A DNA stretch of 64,000 nucleotides from Blepharisma stoltei ATCC 30299. Taxonomy: Eukaryota; Protista; Ciliophora. The notes below the pieces were generated by a model that did not search any database, had not been told where the DNA came from, and worked only from the letters and a program-made list of their open reading frames with translations. The DNA lies in assembly GCA_965603825.1 (NCBI GenBank), contig CBFDEM010000015.1, positions 620,001-684,000 of the forward strand. Direction: 5' to 3'. How positions within the stretch are numbered: the first letter of the stretch is position 1; each line of letters starts with the position of its first letter. Positions 38,804 to 52,290 of the stretch are shown here, piece by piece. The translations under genes were made by a program, and so were the position numbers.

Positions 38804-40399
38804 CTATGAGCTTATAAAAAATGCAAGATAGCACGAACTGAAATCTGGCTGCCAAATCTTCGAGTTATTATCTAAATATTCTCTCCATGTGCATCCATCT
38901 TTTGTATATGCGGCATATTTCTTCGTGTTTTCTATCTGGTAAAGGCATTTGATTGCTCCATATATTTCATATTTTGATCCCATATAATTAAATTCTTCAG
39001 GGAGAATATATTGATTTCCTATTGGCAATTCTAATATTAAAAATGATCCCACTTCAATGGATTCTACTGTATTGCTCATCAATTTAGTTTGATTGCAAAT
39101 ACTACAAAAATCTTCATTTCAGGTACTTGTTTTTATATTTTGATCGATTTCTTCATGAATTGGTTTATTTGCAAAATTCATGAATTCAATAACATTTATA
39201 TAGTCCAGTTTTATATGCTCATGCCCAACTTCACAGTTAACTCTTGTTGTCAATATAGTTGAAAATAATTTTTGATTTGGATAATATTCATAAAGCTTAT
39301 TTATAAGCCAGTTTATCACATTTTTAGGGTCTTTTTCAAAGTTAGTCTATATAAAATTTACATAATAAGAGTTCTGTATTAAAGTTATGTTAAAATCTGA
39401 TAGTAAATTATCAACGAAATTTTGGAAATTTGACCTTTTCATAGTGTGAAATAAAATGTTTAAGCTCACTAGTGTTGGGTCTATTATACTTTTTGATAAT
39501 TCAATAAATAAAGATGTGCTGGCAAGAATCTGTAACGCCGAAGTGAGGTAGGAATTATCATTTATATCAGAAAATCCATGTTTTTGGTCAGGAAGAAGTG
39601 AAATCATTGAGGTAAATAAACTACCATTTCCTACAGTTAGGTAAGCTTGGCTTGAGTTGAGGTGCTGATTTTCAGGTTGAAAGGTATAATAATTCCTTGC
39701 TGGCTCATAATAAGCACTTCTTGATAAATTTAAATTACTTGCAACAGGCTCCTCATTTCTGCTTACTTGCCTTGAATTTTCAATAATTTGACTGAGTCTT
39801 CTTACCTCATGTTTTAACTCAGCTACGTTTTTTTCTAAGTCTTTTATTTTGGCATTATTTCCACTATTAATTTCTACTGTCCTCTCATTTCCTAAATTTA
39901 GCCCGCTCAGCACACAGCTATTGGCAATATCCCCGTAATTAATATATTCACTTATAAAGCTTTCAAGCTGTATTTGGACATCGTTAGGATCATTAAGCAA
40001 CAGGATTTTTAGCAATGCGTCTTCTTCATTTGTCCTTATTTCTTTTGTTGTTATAATTTTTCTTATATATTTGTCAATTATTCTGATTCCTGAGTCTAAC
40101 GATTTTAACCCATTTTTATTGATTTCTTCGAGGTTTTTCATATTTGTAGAAACCTCTGAGGAGAATTGTAATTTAATATTTTGGAGTTTTGATTTTTCTT
40201 CTTGAAAAGATTTCAGAATACTTATTATTGTGGGCTTAGCAGGTTTACGATATAGATATTCAAACCTATGAGTTAAAGAGTTAGAGGCGGAGTGAGATTT
40301 TTTATGTAGTTTGCAAAATACTAACTTTTGATCTTGTCAGTCGCACATGTACTTAGGTTTTCCATCGCATGATGGGAAGCTACAAATATTGTAGTTCAT
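38804..40399 (-). CDS. Catalytically dead pseudo-USP with N-terminal Cys/His (B-box-like) motif, ~526 aa
   Basis: ATG 40399; 15-nt intron at 39347-39361; TGA=W at 40337 and 39119. Cys box reads GFSDINDNSYLTSALQ (C>S); His box reads TKKYAAY (H>K). Confidence 0.78.
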
Positions 40400-41030
40400 G
40401 ATTAAAGTTTATTAAGAAATTTTAGTTTTGACCTTAATTCTTCATAAATGATTTTATTTTTCTGTAAAAATTAATTCTGAATACAATTATGAACTAGGCA
40501 GAGCTAATTGAAGAAGTTTATGGCGCTGCTAAGTTAAATTAAATCATTATTCAATAATATAATAAAAAATTTATTTCTTGCGATCAATATATAAAATTAT
40601 TTTAAGATTATAAAGGAATATTTTCTCTAGATCTAAAATTCTAATATAAAATTATTTGAAGAATGCATTTTTGGAAAAAAATTATAAAAATTTCTATCAC
40701 TCTTATGGAAATCATAATCCTCACCAAATCAATAGTAAATATAAAGACTATTTATTTATATATAAGAATTCAATAAATTAAAGACCAGGTTTAAGATAGC
40801 CCTTAAAAAACGCAAATATACATTCAACAGGTGTTCTGATCTTCTGTTCTCTTCTTAATATATACGATTTTCCTTTTTAATTAAATTAAATTAATATCAA
40901 CTATATAGATTACCTTCTATATAGTAAGGATACATTTAGCAATACATTTTGATATTCAAACCTTGCATCAAAAAAGTAATTATTCTCAATAATTAATGAT
41001 AAAAACATAAATATGTAGATTCCAATAAAT

Positions 41031-41876
41031 ATGGGTCCCTGTCTTGGCAGAAATGATCATCAAAGCGAACAGCAAAAAGGAATTCCAAATATTGGAAATA
41101 CTTGCTACATGAATTCTGTCATTCAAGTATTAGCAGCGACTCCGAACTTTTTAGCAAATTTGGATAGTGTCAAACAAGCTGAGTTAATTGCTTTGAAAAA
41201 TTTTATACAAGGAGTGAAATTAAGATATCCCTCATCAAGCTTATCAATTTTGGCCAATGATTTTAAAAATCAAATTTCTCAAGCACATCCAATTGTAATT
41301 ATAAAATAGTTTCAAGGGTCTAGAGAAAATGACGCAAAAGAATTATTTGCCATTATATTATCCATTCTAGGTGAAGAGGAAACGGTAACAAACCCATTCA
41401 ATATAGTTTTCAAAAGATCATTTAAGTGTGAAGAAAAGAACCATATTGCTTATTCTGAAGAAAAATCAAATTTAATTATTATTCCAAAAGGAGCTAGCAT
41501 TGAAAATCACCTGAAAAATATGGATAGTGAAAAGAAGTTCTGAGGAGATAACCAACTCTATTGTGAAAAATGCAAAAAAACTAAAGATATAACTATGAAA
41601 ACAGAAAGAATTGAATTACCAGAGATTTTAGTCCTTTACACTCCAAAGGATGGAAATTCAAAAAATAATACTAAATGCCTTAATGAAGTTATTTTAGAGC
41701 AGAAATCGTACATACTTTATGCTGTTATATGCTATAACTCATGGCCTCGACATTATTATGCATATACAAGAATCTCAGAAAAATCTTGGCGCAAATATAA
41801 TGATGATCGTACAAGTGAGTCAAATAGTTTACCCGAAAAAAATGCATATCTTTTGTTCTATAAGTCTAATTATTAA
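41031..41876 (+). CDS. Minimal USP-family peptidase, 276 aa, N-terminus MGPC
   Basis: GIPNIGNTCYMNS; intron 41295-41309; ENDAKE; CEKC; RHYYAY; WRKYNDD; AYLLFY. Confidence 0.9.
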
Positions 41877-42317
41877 ATTTATAAGATAAAGATTTCTAAG
41901 TAAACTAGTTGATTATCATAATAATAAATAGCTTAAAATTTTATTTATATTTAAATAACTTAGCCAAACTTTTTTAGTCTCATCCACAAAAGCATAATTA
42001 TATTTAATCCATCTTCTTTGGATGCTCCCTATAATAATAGCTGCACATTCCACTATAGCAATAAATATTCACTCACCTGTTTCAATTTATCATATATTCA
42101 AAATATGTGCTTATTTAGAATTTAGCTTAAATCATAGATTAAATTAGACTATAAATAATTCATTTAGTTGTAAGTTAAATAATTATAAATAAAATCAATT
42201 CTGTAGAATCTTAATCTTCGCTTTTATTTTATCCTTAAGTAATATAATTTAAAAATAAAATTATTTAGAAGAGCAAATAATCTTTAAGAACTGCATTACC
42301 ACTATAAATTTATAGAA

Positions 42318-43364
42318 ATGGAAGTCAATATTAAAAAAGCAGCTGAAACATTTTTGAGTTTCTATCTAGCATGCTTATTCTGGCTGATTGCGACTTGTGT
42401 ATGATATCTTTATTGCTTATGAGAAATATTTTATAGGCTCTTACATTTGGCTTTTAAAAAATTTCCACATTATGTAATGATCTTTATAGGATGCTTATTT
42501 TCTTGTTTTAGATGTAAAAGAAAAGCAAAAAGAAAAAATCAAAATTCTTACAGCATGCCCGAGCAATATAGGAAACAAGGGATTCCAAATTATGGAAGCA
42601 CCTGCTATTTAAATTCAATAATACAGATATTGTCTAGTACGAATGAGTTTGCTAGTTCAATAAAAAATTGTTTTGGGCTATCAGATATTTTTGACGATTT
42701 GAGATCTCCAAATCATGATTTTGAGCCTAAAATACAGAATTTCTTATTAAAGCTAAGCAAGGAGCACGAAATGGTAATTTTAGTTCAGTTTTCTTTGGGA
42801 AAGCAAAATGATTGTAAAGAGCTCTACAATATTCTTATTGAAACTCTTGCAAAAGAAAACTCAGATGCAGAGAATTTCTTTAAGATTGTTAAATACCAAA
42901 AAATAATATGCAGCATGAACCATAATCAAGAAAAACCTGAGACTTCTTATTTTCTTCTTTATCCAAAAAGCGCTAATTCGAGCTTAGGCTCATATTTAAA
43001 AGACTTAAAAGATAAAGCAGATGAATTTAATGAGAATAATCCTTTATTTTGCGAAAAATGCAATTGCTTAAGAGCTACAACAATTAAGATCGTTTCTTTA
43101 GAGCTGCCACAAATATTGGCAGTCTATTTACCAGGGAAACCATTTAAAAGCATAAAATCAGTAGAAAGTATTAATTTTGAAGGAAAATATTATGAGCTCT
43201 ATGGAGTAATTTGCTATTTTGAGCATAAATATTCTAGCCATTATATAGCATGCACACTAGATGAAGATGGCAAGTGGAGAGAGTATAACGATGCTTTTGC
43301 TACAGAGAAATGCCCAGATATGAAGAATGCTTATATGCTGTTTTATAGGGTTAAAAGCAAATAG
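42318..43364 (+). CDS. USP-family peptidase with hydrophobic/Cys-rich N-terminal anchor, ~343 aa
   Basis: ATG 42318, with two TGA=W in the hydrophobic leader; GIPNYGSTCYLNS; stop-free in-frame intron 42774-42788; QNDCKE; SHYIA; YND. Confidence 0.88.
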
Positions 43365-43907
43365 TTAGAAACATATTTATTTTTCTTTAATAAAACTCAT
43401 TTTAAGGCTTAGATATGTGTAAAATGAAGACGTTTTTGAGTTACTTTTGGCTTGGTATTTTTATAATTAAGAGTAAAAGAAAATATGAGAGTTAATTATA
43501 GTTATCATTAATTATTAGAAATTCTTGGAGTTGAATATTTGCTGTATCCTATTATTTGCTATGGATAAAGAAACAATTATAAGCAATATCTGGGTAAGCA
43601 TTTTCTCAAGGAGTTTGGATAAATGTGATGATTTTAAGTTGAAAGCAGGGGCTTTGATTATAAGAAAAATTATCGTATATTTGCAAAAAATAAGTGATAG
43701 CGCTGCATTTTTAATTATTTATAAAATAATTATTTATTTAAATTTATGTAGATTTGTTAACTCGGATAATTAATTATCTAGTATTTTGACTATTTCTGTG
43801 ATCAAATGGCAGGGTTATTGCAATAGCAGTTCCCTCTGCCTATAGAGACACAAATAATCAGTTAAAATTTCATAATTCTATAAATTTGCCCTATAGAATA
43901 TATAAAA

Positions 43908-44984
43908 ATGCAGCAAGAAGAAAAAGAAGGCGAAAGAAGTCAAAATCGCAGTTTTAAATTTTATTTATATCTCTTATACATATTATCACAACTGGGCAGC
44001 TATTGCAGCTTGATTTATGGTGCAATAGCCAGATATTGCGAAGGGATATGCGATTTCATAATATGACTAATATGCTGCAAGATTAGGGATCATAAAAAGT
44101 TTGAATGAGATAACCAAATAGAAAATCCAAACTATTTCAGCCAAGAGGAAATCGTAAATTACCCCGGAATAAAAGAAAATTATTCCAGAAAATTAGGAAT
44201 CCCGAATTTTGGGAACACTTGCTACTTGAACTCAGTTTTACAAATTTTAGCAAGCACCCCAGAATTTTCTAAATGCTTAAATCCAGATTTTGAGCTTTCA
44301 GGAACTTTATTAACCATTATCAAAATGATAAATAAATACTCAGACACTAATTTTCAGCCAGAAATAAACAGCCTTTTAAAGATCATTCAGCAATCATATT
44401 CAGACGTATTTTCTAAATAGTTTACTTTAGGCAGACAAAATGACAGTAAAGAAATATTTGTAATTATAATCGATAAATGCTCAGAAATTAATGAAAATTT
44501 GAAGGATTTATTTTTTATTAGAAAAGATGAAACAATTATTTGTGAAAATGGACATATAGAAAAAAAAGAAGAGGTGGAAACACTTTTATTAATCCCTCAA
44601 AATTTCAATAAAGATATTAGTGGCTTTATAGATATTTTAGAGCAGAAAAGCGATTTTAGTGGGGAAAATAAGTTATACTGCAGCACCTGCAACAGTTTAA
44701 AGGACGCTAGTATTACCTCAAAATATAAGCTGCCAAAATTTTTAGTTTTTTATTTTCCTGGTGAAAATCCGAAGAAAAGGAATATTAAGGAATCTGAGAC
44801 ATTTAAAGATAAAGAATATGAACTTTATGGAATAATTTCTTTTTATCCGTCTTACCGACATTATATAGCTTTTACGTTAGATGGTGGAATATGGAGAGAG
44901 TATAATGATATATCAGTGACTGAAAAGAAGCCTGATTATTATTATACTTATATGGCGTTTTATAGACATGCAGAGAAATTATAA
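43908..44984 (+). CDS. USP-family peptidase with hydrophobic/Cys-rich N-terminus, ~353 aa
   Basis: ATG 43908; GIPNFGNTCYLNS; intron 44406-44420; QNDSKE; RHYIAF; WREYND. Confidence 0.88.
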
Positions 44985-45412
44985 AATAATTTTAGATAAT
45001 TTAATAAAAGTATGCAATCAAAAATAAATAATTTTTGGAAATTTTTGATAATAAATCATCAAAAAGAAGGAAATTTTGCAAGTGTTAAACCAAGTTTGTA
45101 ATTTGGGGGATGGCGTTAAATAGTGACATTAAATCATTAATCCTCTCTAAGAATTCTCCAATTTGCAGTTAAGAGCATTGCAAAACTCATAAAAAATTGT
45201 CAGATAAGAAAGCTGGAATTCATTAAAAGCTACTAATAATTTAGAAAATTAAACCTTTTAAATTGGAACATTTTTTAGTATTTAAAGGGGAGGGATCTCG
45301 GCCCATAGTAATTTTTTTATAATAGTCTTTTTTTAAATTAGATAAAAAATATGCAACTTTTCAGACATAAGATTAAATTTAAAATCTTAATGAGGCAAAA
45401 TAACCATAATAA

Positions 45413-46147
45413 CTATAATTTAAGCAAAATAAAGCCTCCATTAAAACAGTCTAACACTATCAGCTTAGAATTAGCTGAAATTCCTAGTGCTTCTAGTGTT
45501 GAACTCCCGTTCTCAGGAACTCGAAGTGTTTTTGACCCAAGTATACAGACTATTCCCCTCTTTCCAAGCTTATCGCGAATATTTCTCTCCAACGTTTCAA
45601 AAGTGTCAGTCTTTTTGGTATTAAAAATAATAAATCCGTCTTCAAACTCAATCATAATTCTTATTTCATCTTTACTCACTCTCACAGAAGTTGAACTAGT
45701 AAAATCTAAATCTTTTAAGGAATAGTTTTCTTCTGTTGCCAAATCAAGTCTCTTTTTGTAATTTCTGATAATAACTTCTTTATGCATTTCGATGTCTTGG
45801 CTAATGTTAAATTTAGCTTTCACTAAATTGGTGAACTCAGAAAGCTTCATATCGCTGCTTCTTATTTCAAGAACCTCTTTTCTATCTCCATATTCTACAG
45901 AGATATACAAATCAGGGATAATTTCAATATCTAAGCAGCTGTTGTTCATAATTTTTAATTCAAGGAGAGATTTTTCGCCATCACGGTTGAAATTGAGGTA
46001 GTTTGGATTTTTGAGGATTTTGAGATCATTAGTCAGGGAAAGGGCAGCTTGGATATTTTGATAGAGCTCAGAAAATTTCATATCAGCTGAGGCTTCAACT
46101 ACAAAGTTTTCTCCTCCAATTACCTGAATTATAATCCTTAAAGACAT
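45413..46147 (-). CDS. Tri-ubiquitin-like protein, 244 aa, ending CFNGG-FILLKL
   Basis: Three ~78-aa beta-grasp repeats (ending SLLELKIMNNSCL / SLKDLDFTSSTSV / TLEALGISANSKL); GG only after the last repeat. Confidence 0.8.
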   Translation of the reverse strand: MSLRIIIQVIGGENFVVEASADMKFSELYQNIQAALSLTNDLKILKNPNYLNFNRDGEKSLLELKIMNNSCLDIEIIPDLYISVEYGDRKEVLEIRSSDMKLSEFTNLVKAKFNISQDIEMHKEVIIRNYKKRLDLATEENYSLKDLDFTSSTSVRVSKDEIRIMIEFEDGFIIFNTKKTDTFETLERNIRDKLGKRGIVCILGSKTLRVPENGSSTLEALGISANSKLIVLDCFNGGFILLKL

Positions 46148-46614
46148 TTTATCAATGGAATCTATAAATTTTTATTAACTATGAAATTGTGCTTTTAATA
46201 TGGTTTTTATAAAATTTTAGTTGAGATCGAACCTAATAAGGAGATCTGTTAATTTGAAATTAATGATAACTTATAGAAGCTTGCAAAGATCAAAAACTGG
46301 AAGAGTATGTGGAAGTTATAAGATAAACCATCTAATTTCTTGCAAAATTTACTATCTCAAGAGATGTAATGATTTTTTTTATATATTATATCCTGAATGA
46401 GGGATTCTTATTTACTATCTTGATTATTTCCCCACTTTATAGAAATTACCTTTCATATCCATATAATCTTATATGGATTTTATGCCTTTATATTTATTTT
46501 AGAAATAAAAGATAGATCTTCAATGAATTTTGGGTTCTCATTGTAAGCCTATTAAGAAAATATAATAAAATCTCAAGATTAAATATTTTAATATTTTAAT
46601 AACAATCTGTAGAA

Positions 46615-47055
46615 ATGGAAAGACTTCAAGCTGAGTTTAACGCAATTCAATCAGAAAGTCATCCAGAATACTCTGTTGAAATAGTCAATAACAATTTTTT
46701 CCACTGGAAAGGCACTCTTCAAGGACCTCAAGACACTCCTTACCAAAATGGAAAATTTAGGTTCGAAATTGTTTTCCCTCAAAGTTACCCCGCATCACCT
46801 CCTGAATTTTTTTTCAAAACAAAGATTTTTCATCCCAATATATACGAAGTCAACGGAGAAACTTGTGTGAGGGTTCTAAATATTTCTTATAATAGAAATA
46901 TCCCAGTTAGAATTATTATTGCTTATGTATTTGATCTGCTGGCGAATCCTAATCCTGATGCAGGGTATGTCCAAGACTCAACTCATGCTTATTTGTATAA
47001 TAGGCCAGGATATACATCTATGGCTGCTGAGTGGACAAGATTATATGCAATATAA
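46615..47055 (+). CDS. Divergent E2 ubiquitin-conjugating enzyme, 146 aa
   Basis: W.G.L.GP.DTPY..G.F, FP..YP..PP, FHPN, catalytic Cys (GETCVRVL), AAEWTRLYA. Confidence 0.93.
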   Translation: MERLQAEFNAIQSESHPEYSVEIVNNNFFHWKGTLQGPQDTPYQNGKFRFEIVFPQSYPASPPEFFFKTKIFHPNIYEVNGETCVRVLNISYNRNIPVRIIIAYVFDLLANPNPDAGYVQDSTHAYLYNRPGYTSMAAEWTRLYAI

Positions 47056-47183
47056 TTCTTGATTGTAGGCATTGCGAGAATTTATTATCAATAGAGATAA
47101 ATGCTTATTTAATAAATTTCTTATTTTCTAATAAATAATAAATTAATTAGATAATAACTCAATGACATATTTATAGAAATATA

Positions 47184-48608
47184 ATGAGCAAAAACTACAA
47201 TTTGAGCTATTCAAAAAATATATTATCACTTGCATGCAGTGCATTAAAGATTCTTAATCAATATAATTGCTTAGCCAACAATAAAACAAGCCTGTTTTAT
47301 AAGATAGTGAATTCAGATATAAATGACAGAAACCTGACAATTTTGAGTGATAGTCTTCCTAAAGATGGAAACAGTCCAAATATTTTTGAAGCTTTAAAGT
47401 TCCTATTATTATCAAAAGACTCTTTAGTTGCTGAAAAAGTCTATTTTTCTCGTAATATTTCATTTATTCGTGAGGAGGAAATATTTAATAAAAATAATGA
47501 CATAGTTATTATTTATGATCAACGGAGTCCAAGTATTGATAAAGATCATTATGAAAATTTGGGCTTTTGCTTGACTTTTTCAATTAACGTTAGTGAGACA
47601 ACAATGATAGATTACACTCAAGGAGTTAAAGAAGTTACTGAATGGAAATTTTATCAAAAATCACATCCTGGATATATTTATTGTTTTTGGCGAATAAATT
47701 CTCAGGCAAGTCAGCAGCAATTCAATGAAGAATCAAAGGAAATTATGCAAAGCCATTCTCCAAGAACTCTATCTCTAAACCTTCCCAATACACCCATTAA
47801 CCCAAATTATAAAGGACTTCCAAATTTAGGAAACACTTGCTACCTAAACTCAGTCCTACATATCCTAAAATGAACAGAAGGGTTCGCGTCATTGATTCAA
47901 TTATCTAGAACCCCCCCAATTCCACAATTATTTGCTGTTCTGTCTATTATGAACACCACTCAAGGCATAGAGAATCCCTTGAGAACTTTAATTTCCAGCT
48001 TAAACAAAACCTTTAAAGATGTAATTTTTAAATAGTTTCATATAAAAAAAAACCATGATGCTAAAGAGTTATTTACAGTTCTTATTGGCGAAATAGAAGA
48101 AAATATCACAAATCTCTTTTGTATAGTAGTGCATAAAACTCTGCATTGCCATCATAATGAGAGATATAGCATTGACCATGCAGAAGAAATAACCGAGAAA
48201 TTCCTGTTTTTATGTGTACCATATGGTGATGTTGAAAGCTATTTTATAAGGCTAGGAGAAGATCAATGATTTGAAGGGGAAAATTCTTTAAGGTGTAAAC
48301 GCTCAAATACCTTAAAAAGAGCTAGAATTTCGACTAATAAAATAGACTTTCCATCGAATTTGGCAATTTATGTGCCGCCATCAGAATCGAGGAATGAAAA
48401 TATTAAGACGAGTTTTATTCAAGAAGATAATCTATATCTCCTTTATGGAGTCATTGCGTACAATCCTTATATTCTTCATTATTTTAGTTATGTTTTGATC
48501 GAAAATAACTGGATAAAATTCGATGATGAAACTGTTACTTATGAAGCGCCAAGGCTTGATTTTGCTTACCTGTTGTTTTATAAAGCCACCTTTCTGCTAG
48601 CTGATTAA
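47184..48608 (+). CDS. USP-family peptidase with divergent N-terminal domain, ~469 aa
   Basis: GLPNLGNTCYLNS; TGA=W at 47871 and 48267; intron 48021-48035; NHDAKE; LHYFSY; WIKFDD. Confidence 0.85.
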
Positions 48609-48741
48609 TTCAAATAATAATTAATCTATTCTGAGAATTTTAAAATCTGATAAAAAAAGTTAATATATTATTTAAAAAAGCATTGGGACGGAAAACCTGT
48701 GAATTCAATATAAGTAGTTAAATTTATAGAGTTATTATTAC

Positions 48742-50238
48742 CTAATTTCTTTTATAAAATAGCATATAAGCGTTATCAAAGTCAGGGTCTTCATATGATA
48801 CTGATATATCATTATATTTTTCTCATTCTCCTTCTGTATTTATTGTATATGCAATATAATGGCCATAAGTGCTCACTCCATAATAGCAAATTATGCCATA
48901 CAAGCAATAACTTACATTATTGAGCTCTATTTCCCTAAATTCCTTAAATTCCCTCCTTATGCTCATCAAGCTGCTAGTTCTTTTTGGCATATAAAATGCT
49001 AAATTTAAGTGGCATTTTATCTCCAAAACATTTAATGTCGTATCTGCTAATCTCTCACAGTTTTGGCAGTAAAGCTGATTTTGATTGATATATTTCTTAG
49101 GCAACCTTTTATCATCAAAGTATTTTTTAATGTTTAAATAATGCGGAGGAACAGTCATAAACAGCTCTGTTTCGCAATTATAGCTCTTATGAAGATGAGT
49201 GTTATGGCATTCGAACATTTGATCAATATAGACTTCAAAAAAATGATTTTGAGGGTTTAATTCATTACAAAATGAAATAATTTGGACGAATAGCTCCTTT
49301 GCATCATTTTGCCCGTATCCTAAAAACTGCATATAAATTACCATAGGAAAATTCTGCCCAAGATCAGTTTTAAAAGTTTCTGCATTTCTCTCAACGCTAT
49401 TGGCTGAACGGTATTTTATTGAATTTAATAATTTGTTGAGAGATATTTCTAGAGAGGTTTGCAGTGAAAGATTTTCTGAAAACCCTGGAGTTGAAGCTAA
49501 AATTTGTAGAACAGAATTCAAGTAGCAAGTGTTTCCGATATTCGGGATTCCAATTTTTGAAAAATATCCTAATGGTCTTCTTTTTCTAATTTTTTCTTCT
49601 GAAGAATATTCTTCATTAGCTCGTTTTTTTGGTACTTTTTCTTTGATTTCGCTCTCATACTTAAAACATAAAAACGACACTTGAAGTTCTGGGGGAAATT
49701 TTTCAAGTTTACTTATGTTAAGTGAACAATTTAATTGAGATCAGTTGCCCTTGTCTTTGAAAAAAAGCTTTTTTGAAGGAAATGATATTGCAGACACCAA
49801 AGAATATTGATAATTCTGAATAGTGATTTCATTTTTGATGCTTAGCTGGGATTTTTTAGATGAGATGAATAAGAGATCATATTTTTTATTGATGTCTTTC
49901 TTTATTTCTTCCTCTTGCTTATAAGAATCATCAGGGAGGCAAACTCATAATTTAGCAATATCTTCAATCTGTCCGCTGCTCGTAAAAAAAATCTTTATAA
50001 AATGCTTCAAATAGCTAAATCAATCAAACAATCGCAAGTTAAAATATTTAAAAAACATTTTCTTAAAAATTTCATTATCCTGATTTCCCTCATCTAATTC
50101 CTTAAATAAATTTTGCAAAGCAATCATCCAATTACAGGTTGATGAAATTTTTTGTAAAAATGAGTATTCCTTGTTTAAATTGTGGAAAAAGTAGAGATTA
50201 GACTTAAAATTCCAATATTGATCGTTATGTGCTTTCAT
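48742..50238 (-). CDS. USP-family peptidase with degenerate USP-like N-domain, ~493 aa
   Basis: ORFs 50020 and 48823 share a frame via TGA=W (50020, 49945, 49741, 48823); GIPNIGNTCYLNS; stop-free intron 49327-49341; QNDAKE; YGHYIAY; TAG at 48742. Confidence 0.85.
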
Positions 50239-50322
50239 TTTTATTTGTAGATTCAAAACTTTTAATAGCTTAAGTTAGCAAAAGCTCTTTTGATATGAAT
50301 TATAAAGAAATTTATATTTTAG

Positions 50323-50868
50323 TTAATTTTCGGATTTTATAAAACCTCCAACCATTTGCTTCATAACTTTAATGGTAGAGTTATTACCAATTCCTAATGT
50401 TTGCAGGTCTATTTCACCATTGCTGGTTAGAGAAAGGTACTTATTTCCTTTTATAATTGTCAATTCTTGGTTTCCAAAAATCTGCAAGAATCTTTCATAG
50501 AGGTGCTTAAATTGCAGATTTGGAGGAACTTGAATTGTCCTTTTAGTTCCTTCATTGTCTTCAATGACTATAGAAATTTGCTGAGGAGCTTGCACTGGAG
50601 GCTGTTCAGGAGCAGGTGGGTTGGGGTTTTGAGGCCTTTGAACACTAACAACGCGGATAACTGAATTATTGGTGATATTTAGTTGCTGCAGTGTGAGGTT
50701 TTGGGAGTTCGGACCGATGTATTTATTTCCATACATGACTGTGAGTTCGGTTCCACCAAACATAGTCTGCAGATGTCTAAGAAGCTCAGAATATTGCCAA
50801 TCACTCTTGCCTTGCAGAATTTTTGTTGTTCCGGTAGCATCTTCGATTCTTAAAGTAAGATTTGACAT
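50323..50868 (-). CDS. Di-ubiquitin-like protein with Pro-rich linker, 181 aa, ending QMVGG-FIKSEN
   Basis: Two mutually similar beta-grasp domains; paralog of the mono-Ubl at 34120. Confidence 0.88.
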   Translation of the reverse strand: MSNLTLRIEDATGTTKILQGKSDWQYSELLRHLQTMFGGTELTVMYGNKYIGPNSQNLTLQQLNITNNSVIRVVSVQRPQNPNPPAPEQPPVQAPQQISIVIEDNEGTKRTIQVPPNLQFKHLYERFLQIFGNQELTIIKGNKYLSLTSNGEIDLQTLGIGNNSTIKVMKQMVGGFIKSEN

Positions 50869-51129
50869 ATTTTATAGAAACATGCACAATGGAAAATTAA
50901 TAAAATTCATAAATTTAAGAGTTTTAAGAAAGCTATTTGCGGAATTTCAAAAAAATTAGTAACTTATAAGCGAATTTGGCTAGTTTTACTAATAGCATAT
51001 TTTAACTACTCAGCTGCTTAAAGTTCAATTGTAATAAACTCGTTACTGAAATATAGAAACTAAGCCAAATTTCAATTCATAGGAATAAATGTGTTTCTAT
51101 CTAATCAAAAATTATTATTAAAAATTAGT

Positions 51130-51720
51130 TTATATTTCTGTAAGACACCAAATAAAGGAGATTCCAATCAGGACTTCATCAATTGACCACTTAATCGTTA
51201 AATTCCTACCATAAGCCTTTTTTATCATCTTTAGCAAACGCTATAAAATGGTTTCCATAATAGAATATCGCTCCAAATATATTATATCTGAACGCTTCAC
51301 CACTGCAGCATACTTAATGACTCAGACAAATTTTTAGTAATCCCTCCAAATTTTTATAGCAATATTGAAGAATACCTTCGAAGCTACAAAACCCAGCAAT
51401 ATTCAGAAGCAATGATTTATTAAAATGTAACTTATGCGGCTCAAATTCGATTTCCATGATGAATGAGTCCTTATAAACAAGCCAACTTACTTGATATTGT
51501 CATTTCAAGGCATAGATGCTATAGTCAGACTTCCTAAAAGTTTGGATTTTGAAGAAATCGGTGCTCTCTGTTTGAGTTGTGTCTTATACAGTTCATGGGT
51601 CTTCTGGGCATTATACAACATACACAAAAGAAAATTACTCATCAATACATTATAATGATAAGCATATGCAAATATTGATTTTCAGAATGGAATTCCTAGG
51701 GTTTATTTAGTTTTTTATTT
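51130..51720 (-). pseudogene. Decayed USP relic
   Basis: LGIP remnant near 51700. His-box remnant YNIFGAIFYYGNHFIAFAKD followed, after a frameshift, by W*EFND* near 51200-51285. Confidence 0.55.
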
Positions 51721-51837
51721 GCTGAATTCTTTGGTTTCTTACTAAAAGCACTGCTGCATATGTATATTTAAGCGAGCATTGTCCAAATATTGGAGCTTTA
51801 TTAATTATTAATAGTAAATCTTGTTTCCTAAATGTTT

Positions 51838-52290
51838 TTATCCAAATGCATCTCTAAATGTTCTTTCTCTTGCTATATTGAATCATTCTTCTCTGCTTAT
51901 TAAGCAAATATCAGCTGCCTCACACATAAATCCATGCTCTGGCTCAGGCCTGTTCAGTAATTCGATGAGATAGTCAATGATAACCCTGGGATGGCAGTTT
52001 GGGTTTCACATATGGTTAAGCAGAGAATGACAAACTCTTCCATTGCTAGGGAAAATATTTGGATGGAATATGGGTGTCTGAAAATATACTTTGGGAGGCT
52101 TGCTTGGGTATTTTTTGGAAAATTTTATTAAAAATTCAAAAAGACCGCCTTCAAAAGCAGTGCCTTCAGGCCCATTGAGATTTCCGAGTCATTCATAGTA
52201 GTCTCCCTGGTGAGTATTCACAGAAACAAAAGGCTGAGGATTTGCTTGCAAATCATTCAGTTCAGTCATAAGTCGTTGCAACGCTGCCAT
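51838..52290 (-). CDS. Divergent E2 enzyme, 150 aa (absent from the ORF track)
   Basis: MAALQRLMTEL..YE-W(TGA)-LGNLNGPEGTAFEGG, YPSKPP, FHPN, GRVCHSLL, W(TGA)NP, NRPEPEHGF; TAA at 51838. Confidence 0.9.
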
